A DNA stretch of 63,674 bases, the filler included, from Octopus bimaculoides (Eukaryota): assembly GCF_001194135.2 (NCBI RefSeq). It is 5 parts of 5 records of this genome, joined end to end, with 100 filler letters (N's around TTAATTAATTAA, not from the genome) between each part and the next. Parts side by side here need not be neighbours in the genome. Positions count along the whole stretch, not along the records: positions 48,718 to 55,603 come from NC_069002.1; positions 55,704 to 61,782 come from NC_068989.1; positions 61,883 to 63,674 come from NC_069001.1; 2 more parts are not named here. One strand, 5' to 3'. Positions 55,151 to 63,674 of the stretch are shown in pieces; the stretch's first letter is position 1, and the number at the start of each line of letters is the position of its first letter. The notes beneath the pieces are model-generated. The model ran no database searches. It saw nothing but the letters and a program-made list of their open reading frames with translations, and had not been told where the DNA came from. Made by a program: the position numbers and the translations under genes.

Positions 55151-55344
55151 CAGTACTACTACTGCTGCTGCTGTTCCTGTGATTCTTGCTACTACTACTA
55201 CGACTACTACTACTACCACTACTACTGCTGCTGCTGTTCCTGCGATTCTTGCTGCTACTACTACTACTACTACTACTACTACCACTACTACTACCATTAC
55301 CACTACCACAACTACTACTGCTGCTGCTGTTCCTGTGATTCTTG

Positions 55345-55378
<34 letters not shown>

Positions 55379-55443
55379 CACTACTACTAACACTACCACT
55401 ACCACCACTACTACTGCTGCTGCTGTACCTGCGATTCTTGCTG

Positions 55444-55504
<61 letters not shown>

Positions 55505-55569
55505 TACTACTACCACTACTACTACCACCACTACTACTGCTGCCGCTGTTCCTGCGATTCTTGCTGCTG

Positions 55570-55603
<34 letters not shown>
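55032..55603 (+). repeat. (ACT)n array punctuated by five copies of GCTGCTGCTGTTCCTG(T/C)GATTCTTGCT
   Basis: Open Thr-rich frame 55032..55655 running into the spacer. Confidence 0.9.
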
Positions 55604-55703
55604 NNNNNNNNNNNNNNNNNNNNNNNNNNNNNNNNNNNNNNNNNNNNTTAATTAATTAANNNNNNNNNNNNNNNNNNNNNNNNNNNNNNNNNNNNNNNNN
55701 NNN
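55604..55703. other. Artificial scaffold spacer N44-TTAATTAATTAA-N44
   Basis: Identical 100-nt spacer. Confidence 0.95.
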
Positions 55704-55920
55704 TGGCAGAACTGTTAGCACACCGGGCGAAATGCTTAGCGGTATTTCGTCTGCCCGCTACGTTCTGAGTTCAAATTCCGCCGAGGTCGACTTTGCCTTT
55801 CATCCTTTCGGGGTCGATTAAATAAGTACCAGTTACGCACTGGGGTCGATCTAATCGATTTAATCCGTTTGTCTGTCCTTGTTTGTCCCCTCTGTGTGTA
55901 GCCCCTTGTGGGTAGTAAAG

Positions 55921-55925
<5 letters not shown>
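55704..55925 (+). mobile_element. SINE family B with an alternative 3' tail
   Basis: Body nearly identical to the 50985 copy; tail GTTTGTCTGTCCTTGTTTGTCCCCTC...GTAAAGAAATA differs. Confidence 0.9.
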
Positions 55926-55951
<26 letters not shown>

Positions 55952-56439
55952 GTATATTCACATGCACAAATGTGAACCACATGTGGATATTAACAAACAG
56001 TAATAAGAGAATCATCATCATCAGAGCTTATCAAATCTACATTCAGTGTTTCGCATATAAGTGCAATACTAATTAAATAGTGATACAGCTGCCATCTAAA
56101 GGTTCTCTGTGTCTTGATTTCTGAGTATATTCAACAAACTCAAATAGAATTCTCCAACACTAACATAGTTATATAATAAATTATTCAACTAAATGTATAC
56201 ATGTCTAGATATATTATATAGATCGCTGACATGCTAGGAGTGCTTTGCTTATTATCCATACTAAACTTTACTATGGATTATATACAATTTCACTGTAGCA
56301 GTTAACATGGGGTAAGTAATTGCTGATAATGGTATAATGATATTTTAGACAACCGTAAAGTTGATCCTTCTTTTCCTGTTCATGATGAGGTTATATGAAA
56401 ATGACAGACGTTAGTCTTTTGCATCTAGTAAATTCAGTT

Positions 56440-56610
56440 CGCTTATAACAGAAGAGACAGTTAAAATCTTTGCCTTTATAATCTGAGTTCAAATTCTGCC
56501 AAGGTTGACTTTGTCTTTCATCCTTTTAAGGCCAATAAAATAGGTACCAGTTTCAGGTTAATGTAATCAACTAGCCTCCAAAAATTACAAGCCTTGTGCC
56601 TATAGTAGAA
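56440..56610 (+). mobile_element. SINE family B, degraded
   Basis: CTGAGTTCAAATTCTGCCAAGGTTGACTTTG. Confidence 0.75.
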
Positions 56611-56679
56611 ATTGTGTGTGTGTGTGTGTGTGTGTGAACGTTAATAAAATGAGAAATTAAATAAAATAAATGACAAAGT

Positions 56680-56759
56680 AACTGGAGGAACCTATAAGGT
56701 GATGCACAAGCACTCAGCTCTGAGTGCACTGCATCTCATAGCAGAAACAGCTGTTAGTT
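56680..56759 (+). ncRNA. Degenerate type I hammerhead (ACAGCTGT stem III family)
   Basis: GAAAC-AGCT-GTT-AGTT at 56744-56759; stem I AACT/AGTT; stem II GATGCA..GCACTCAG-CT-CTGAGTGC..TGCATC; CUGANGA box damaged. Confidence 0.45.
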
Positions 56760-57677
56760 GATAAAGTTTGTTGCATAATTTCCTTTTTCTTTAATTTCAT
56801 ATTACACTCTGTACCCAACTAGCATATCATTCTGAAGAATAAGTATATTCTATTCCAACATCAGTTTATTAATATCACTATGCTTATCGGAAACATCTGA
56901 ACACACACACACGCACACACAGTATCTGGTTAATGCGAGGTAGAAGATACGAGAGTTTTTATTAATCACTACAATTGTTTCAATACATCTAGCATTGATC
57001 CCTGAGATTTCACTCTGGTACTTCATCACCCTTATCTTTATCTTCTTCTAGCTACACACAATCACCTTATACAATGCAGGGTAACGCTGTGTCTCCTCTG
57101 CAGTCAGACACCTGTGCTTATCTCTGTCTATCATACTTTAGCCTCTCTTCACCTGGTACAGTCTCTCAAGTCCACCCGCATTTACTGGAGATGGCTTTTT
57201 TGCTTCTGTTGTCTTGGAAGTTATTTGACCACTTCACTTGTGCTGATTGCATGAAAACAGTACACACTATACACACCATAAAATAGTTGGCATTCAAACG
57301 GAATCTAATCATAAAATGCTATTCCAAAACTGACTTTGAGATTTGATGTAGTCCTGTGGCTTGTTTATTCCTATCAAACCACCAGCCCATACCAGCATGG
57401 AAAATGGGCATTAAAGAGGATGTTGATATATATATATATATATANNNNNNNNNNNNNNNNNNNNNNNNNNNNNNNNNNNNNNNNNNNNNNNNNNNNNNNN
57501 NNNNNNNNNNNNNNNNNNNNNNNNNNNNNNNNNNNNNNNNNNNNNNNNNNNNNNNNNNNNNNNNNNNNNNNNNNNNNNNNNNNNNNNNNNNNNNNNNNNN
57601 NNNNNNNNNNNNNNNNNNNNNNNNNNNNNNNNNNNNNNNNNNNNNNNNNNNNNNNNNNNNNNNNNNNATATATAAAG

Positions 57678-58146
57678 TTTTACTGGAAAGTAATACATTT
57701 GTATTGCAATATTTTTCATTGAAAACTTTTTCACTGTACTCGTTCTGTAAACGGCTGAGCCTTCAGGCGAGTGTACTGGCATTGATGAGACAACATTTGA
57801 AATATTGTCTAGGTAAATGCAGCTGATGAAGACTGATCAAATTTACATTGACAAACGTATTTGAAGAGTCTGAAACCTAGGTACTGCATTATCCAATTCT
57901 GGGTGTCCATTTATCTAATGTTCTTCCTTGAGGTAAAACAAATTTTTCATGTTTGTTGCACTCACACGTCTTTGCCAGTATATACGCAGTGAAGCTTTAC
58001 AATAGCATCATATTTGTATTGACTGCTATTTCCAGTAAATATTGGTGCCTTGTTGTACCACTAATCTGTATTTACATTTATACTTCTACCCTTATGGGGT
58101 TTTATTTTACTGGAAAATAATACATTTGTTTTGCAATATTTTTTCA
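57678..58146 (+). mobile_element. 427-bp unit with ~42-bp direct terminal repeat containing a hammerhead (retrozyme or Penelope-LTR-like)
   Basis: TTTTACTGGAAA(G/A)TAATACATTTGT(A/T)TTGCAATATTTTT(T)CA at 57678 and 58105. Confidence 0.6.
57816..57890 (+). ncRNA. Type I hammerhead ribozyme, apparently intact
   Basis: Stem I AATGCAG/CTGCATT, CTGATGA at 57823-57829, stem II AGACT/AGTCT plus TCAAAT/ATTTGA, GAAA at 57872-57875, palindromic stem III ACCTAGGT, GUA cleavage triplet at 57881-57883. Confidence 0.9.
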
Positions 58147-58321
58147 CGAACTTCGGTATATGGTGAAGCAAATATTTTGCTGATCCCTTAATTATATTTA
58201 TAAATATATGAACTTTTGAATAAGTTCTCCACCAATAAAGGTGCTTTCATACCGATGGGCTTGGTAAAAATTATTAATTATTAATTGATTTATTAATTAA
58301 TAAATTGATAATCCTTTACCC

Positions 58322-58367
<46 letters not shown>

Positions 58368-58706
58368 TGACATAGAATTATTGGATCCCAAATTCTGTAG
58401 TTAGAAAGCAAACTTTTTTACCATACAGCCATACATTTTGCATCCATTTCTCAAAACATGTATGGCCATTGAAAACTTCATCTGACCCATGCAAGCATGG
58501 ACATGGAAAGGTAGATGTTAAAAAAATGATGATGATAATGAGGAGAAGGAAAATATTTATACTTCATTATTAAAGATGCAAAAACAGTAGCAGACTTTTG
58601 TGATGTTTTGCAGCTTTAATAATAAAGCATACAACTATTATTCAAGTACTATTTGCCCACCTTATTTCACGTTTATGTGTTTACTCAGGTATATGTATGT
58701 GTGTGA

Positions 58707-58784
<78 letters not shown>

Positions 58785-59731
58785 NNNNNNNNNNNNNNNN
58801 NNNNNNNNNNNNNNNNNNNNNNNNNNNNNNNNNNNNNNNNNNNNNNNNNNNNNNNNNNNNNNNNNNNNNNNNNNNNNNNNNNNNNNNNNNNNNNNNNNNN
58901 NNNNNNNNNNNNNNNNNNNNNNNNNNNNNNNNNNNNNNNNNNNNNNNNNNNNNNNNNNNNNNNNNNNNNNNNNNNNNNNNNNNNNNNNNNNNNNNNNNNN
59001 NNNNNNNNNNNNNNNNNNNNNNNNNNNNNNNNNNNNNNNNNNNNNNNNNNNNNNNNNNNNNNNNNNNNNNNNNNNNNNNNNNNNNNNNNNNNNNNNNNNN
59101 NNNNNNNNNNNNNNNNNNNNNNNNNNNNNNNNNNNNNNNNNNNNNNNNNNNNNNNNNNNNNNNNNNNNNNNNNNNNNNNNNNNNNNNNNNNNNNNNNNNN
59201 NNNNNNNNNNNNNNNNNNNNNNNNNNNNNNNNNNNNNNNNNNNNNNNNNNNNNNNNNNNNNNNNNNNNNNNNNNNNNNNNNNNNNNNNNNNNNNNNNNNN
59301 NNNNNNNNNNNNNNNNNNNNNNNNNNNNNNNNNNNNNNNNNNNNNNNNNNNNNNNNNNNNNNNNNNNNNNNNNNNNNNNNNNNNNNNNNNNNNNNNNNNN
59401 NNNNNNNNNNNNNNNNNNNNNNNNNNNNNNNNNNNNNNNNNNNNNNNNNNNNNNNNNNNNNNNNNNNNNNNNNNNNNNNNNNNNNNNNNNNNNNNNNNNN
59501 NNNNNNNNNNNNNNNNNNNNNNNNNNNNNNNNNNNNNNNNNNNNNNNNNNNNNNNNNNNNNNNNNNNNNNNNNNNNNNNNNNNNNNNNNNNNNNNNNNNN
59601 NNNNNNNNNNNNNNNNNNNNNNNNNNNNNNNNNNNNNNNNNNNNNNNNNNNNNNNNNNNNNNNNNNNNNNNNNNNNNNNNNNNNNNNNNNNNNNNNNNNN
59701 NNNNNNNNNNNNNNNNNNNNNNNNNNNNNNN

Positions 59732-59765
<34 letters not shown>

Positions 59766-59809
59766 CATGTATGTATGTATGTATGCATGTATCTGTGTGT
59801 ATGTCTATG

Positions 59810-60020
59810 TGTCTGTGTTTGTCCCCATCACTGCTTGACAACTGATGTTGGTGTGTTTACGTCCCTGTAACATTAGTGATTCAGCAAAAAGCCCAATAGA
59901 ATAAGCACCAGGCTTCAAAAAGTAAGTCCCAGGGTTGATTTTGTTCAGCTAAAAAACCCCTTCAAGGCAGTGCCCCAGCATGGCCACAGTCAAATGACTG
60001 TAGCAAGTGAAAAAGAAAAA
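59810..60020 (+). mobile_element. SINE family A, 3' half
   Basis: Tail match. Confidence 0.85.
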
Positions 60021-60405
60021 AAACACATACAAAGCACATTCACCTATGTCTACCTTAGTAGCTGCACATTCGAAATTAGAACTGATTGTAGCCTCACCAA
60101 CTTTTGTTTTACTTTTCCTTTCTCCTTCATTTCTCAACAACTTACCTAACTGCTCCCTTCACCTTCTTCCCCCTTTTTTTCCCACCTCACTTTTATCCTA
60201 AGCTTACTCTTCCCCCTCCTCGTTTTTCCTTTTTCTTTTTCTTTCTTTTTTTTTCCACCCCACTTCTTACACATGTGTTATTTCAGTTCCTCCACTTCTT
60301 CACAGTTTTAATTTGGTCTTTGCTCATCACTTACTAACATGTGCGCACACACACACACACATGCACACACATACACAGATACATGTGCACAAACACACAC
60401 ACACA

Positions 60406-60441
<36 letters not shown>

Positions 60442-60866
60442 NNNNNNNNNNNNNNNNNNNNNNNNNNNNNNNNNNNNNNNNNNNNNNNNNNNNNNNNNNN
60501 NNNNNNNNNNNNNNNNNNNNNNNNNNNNNNNNNNNNNNNNNNNNNNNNNNNNNNNNNNNNNNNNNNNNNNNNNNNNNNNNNNNNNNNNNNNNNNNNNNNN
60601 NNNNNNNNNNNNNNNNNNNNNNNNNNNNNNNNNNNNNNNNNNNNNNNNNNNNNNNNNNNNNNNNNNNNNNNNNNNNNNNNNNNNNNNNNNNNNNNGGTCC
60701 CTTGGACAGGACAGGTAGAAATACCTGCCAAATTCTTCCATATCACACCCTTTATAATCTTATGAAAACAAAAGGAGTTAAAAACACCACATTTGCCAAG
60801 TGTGTTCCTAGATACACAAGCTGATAAAGATTAAAATGGCTCTGATAATAAGTCTGCTACTTAACA

Positions 60867-60906
<40 letters not shown>

Positions 60907-61607
60907 CATACATATTGTCACACATAGTTACACATACATTGTACCTCTGTCAAACACATTCACAAACACACACTCTGTCTCTGTCTCTCTCTCCTCCCAC
61001 ACACACAAGACACATACAGACTCATGCACTCTCTCCCATACACACACATACTTTCTCTCTCCCATATGCACATCCACTCTGTGTCTCACACACACACACA
61101 CATGCACACACACACATGCACACACACACATGCACACACACATAACACACCCACTAACACATATACACAGTTCTTTTATTGTTTGTGGATTTTTCTTCTT
61201 CAATTTCTCTCTTTGATTCTTACCATTTTCTTTTATTTTTTCTCTTCCTCTTTATTTTGTTTCCTTTTATCTATTGCAACAAATAACCAAACATTAAAAT
61301 AGCAACAAAAATCCTCAGGACACCAGCACAAAACAGAAGCCTAGTCTATTGAAATGAACTGGTCCTTGTATATTACTGGTATTTCTTTCATCAACTTCTA
61401 CAGCATAACTATGTTATCATTTCACAGAATGACTTATATAGTGAAACTAAAAATAAACATGTAGTAGTAAAAGTAATACATCATGTTGGTATGTTGGTGT
61501 GTTGGGAAGTCGGTGGTTAGGTTTCACTCACTGACAAACCAGGTACAGCTGTTCTCAGTATAAGTCTAGTTAATCCCTTCTCTTTTTGTCTTTCTCACTC
61601 TATCTCC

Positions 61608-61644
<37 letters not shown>

Positions 61645-61782
61645 GACACACACACACGTGTGCGCTCACACACACTAACAGATATATGTACAAGTAGTGA
61701 GATTGAAATTCATACATTCATTTATATGCATATATGTGTGTGTCTAATATATTATTTTATATCATATATATATATATATATA

Positions 61783-61882
61783 NNNNNNNNNNNNNNNNNN
61801 NNNNNNNNNNNNNNNNNNNNNNNNNNTTAATTAATTAANNNNNNNNNNNNNNNNNNNNNNNNNNNNNNNNNNNNNNNNNNNN
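61783..61882. other. Artificial scaffold spacer N44-TTAATTAATTAA-N44
   Basis: Identical 100-nt spacer. Confidence 0.95.
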
Positions 61883-61925
<43 letters not shown>

Positions 61926-62758
61926 TACACACACAAATATATACATACTAAACACACAGATGTTCAACTACATATATACTTTTCATTTGTTTCAGTTATT
62001 AGACTGAAGACATGCAGAGACAGCATTTAAAGTCGATCACATCAATCATAATACTTAGTTTATCATCTTTTGTTGAATGGCTAAAATGATGTAATTCAAC
62101 ATAACCATTTCTTATCCTTTTCATTTGACCCCTGTGTCAGCTCAATCAAGACTAATCTGGAGTTATGCAACAATAGCAATATACATACCAGCATATAAAA
62201 TCTCTCCTCTCATGGCTCATATGACAGCAGTTTAACAAATAGCTTCCCAGCATCTCACAAAATCTCTCTTCCATACTCATAATGCTTGTTTCAATAACAT
62301 GCCTTTTTACTCGGAGAATGAATACTAAGATTTTTCCCAAAAGTACTAAGTTTATTTTTAACTGTTTTACTCCATTATTTTCTACCATCCCTTAGTGGAA
62401 TGACGTTTCTTGTTGGAGCAGATATTATAGCAGGGAATATCTTCTGTTACTAACTCCTTGCAAGTAGGAAGTGTGAATGGAACTTGCTTTTCTCTGTTCT
62501 GTCAGCTTTGGTTGTCTTGTTTAGAGGCCCACAACACAATGGTTTCAGTGCGTAATGTTTCAACTCAGATCACATGATCAATAATTCAGCACATTAACCC
62601 TACAACCAAAATAACGAATTCACATCATACCAATAAGAAAGCCAGATTCAGTTTGCTAGGAATAGCAACCAAATGTCCTCAAATCACATTTCACCTTCTT
62701 CAAAACAGAAAGGATACATTGGATGATGTAAACCACCTTTGATTTCAGGTATGCTCAA

Positions 62759-62832
62759 TTAGAACTGAGCAAGAAGACAACAAAAACAACAATTACTTAA
62801 CAACAAAATGACAATAGTGCTTTTATAGGCAA
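62759..62832 (-). CDS. YRDC: Probable terminal exon of YRDC (reading frame uncertain)
   Basis: Strong acceptor CCACCCTCTCTTCACAG| at 62833; spliced in phase it reads S-C-L-stop, while the adjacent frame reads AYKSTIVIL (compare human ALESTTAIL). Confidence 0.4.
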
Positions 62833-63319
62833 CTGTGAAGAGAGGGTGGTACTGAGAATGTGAGTTTATAAAGAAATGAAGTTGAAAAGGCATTTGAAGT
62901 CTGAAGAACTCCAAGTGCCTTTTCAACTTTATTCTTTTCATACTTCTCATATGAAAGGGACTTATTTTCCTCTGTGTGTGTGTGCATTAAATAAAGGTGA
63001 TCTTTTCCAGGTGGTGTGACCCTGGTGAAGGTAGGGAGTAAATTATCAAAGACTGAAAATTCAGTTCCAGGTAATAAATAAAGTCTACCACATAAGAACA
63101 GGAACAATCTTTCAGACAAGCTTCCACATAGATTTCTCTTCTAAATTTTTCTCATAATTCTTTGGTTAAACTTAGATTATATCTTAAAAGGCAATTGTCT
63201 AAGATGTTGCGCAGTGGGACTGAACCCAAAGCCACAATTTAGCAAAGAAAAACTACCCCAAAGTAAAGAAAGAAAAACATAAGCTAAAAAATACTTCATA
63301 TAATGGTATTACTTCTTAC

Positions 63320-63456
63320 CTTCCGTCACGTAATATCTTGAAACAATTTTTGACACTGAGGTCAACTACTGTTGAACCTTGACGTGACTCGACAGTACTT
63401 CCCAATCTACCACCATCACAGACAATGTCCAATTCAGGCCATAAGTTTTCAAATTC
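63320..63456 (-). CDS. YRDC: Threonylcarbamoyl-AMP synthase (YrdC/Sua5), internal exon of 137 nt (phase 0 to phase 2)
   Basis: TTTTCTAG|GAA...GGA AG|GTAAGA; EFENLWPELDIVCDGGRLGSTVESRQGSTVVDLSVKNCFKILRDG resembles human EFQDLWPQLSLVIDGGQIG...RLGSTVVDLSVPGKFGIIRPG. Confidence 0.93.
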
Positions 63457-63629
63457 CTAGAAAACAATGTAAAACACTGCTGTTATGACGGTATGACATA
63501 AAGCTAAACCATTTATTGAAGGGAAACCTAAGGTAATCCCATAAACCGCCCTTCCCCATTTTTTAAATATACTTCTCTACATCTCAGAGTGTGCAGCTTT
63601 CAGATTTGTCTTTTACAAATGATATATGG

Positions 63630-63674
<45 letters not shown>

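Noticed and set aside
57219-57240. VKWSNN on the minus strand as a possible HLCS upstream exon
   Set aside because: The following residues do not match and a stop follows shortly
20888-61838. Four identical TTAATTAATTAA motifs
   Set aside because: Each sits in an exact N44-12-N44 block and is an artificial six-frame-stop scaffold spacer, not biology

Overview
AT-rich, gap-ridden animal genomic DNA. The repeat content (CORE-like and Meta-like tRNA-derived SINEs, RTE 3' ends with (GAT)n tails, dense (TA)/(CA) microsatellites) points to an octopus or other cephalopod; this is inference. The window is at least five contigs joined by artificial N44-TTAATTAATTAA-N44 spacers. Two host genes are recognisable, both on the minus strand: the last two coding exons of a holocarboxylase synthetase/biotin-protein ligase (HLCS; 44347-44572 and 41665-41848) and an internal exon of YRDC/Sua5 (63320-63456), with a probable terminal exon starting at 62832. 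The rest is mostly decayed mobile DNA: R4/Dong-like, RTE, L1/Tx1, CR1 and Penelope-like retroelements, two Tc1/mariner relics, a Helitron-like fragment and many SINEs. The most interesting signal lies outside the ORF track. An apparently intact type I hammerhead ribozyme (57816-57890) sits in a 427-bp unit bounded by a direct repeat (retrozyme or Penelope-LTR-like). At least three further degenerate hammerheads with related palindromic stem III sequences occur, one inside a nested inverted-repeat element. There is no CRISPR array, rRNA or bona fide tRNA gene. Repeat boundaries are approximate and were read by eye.
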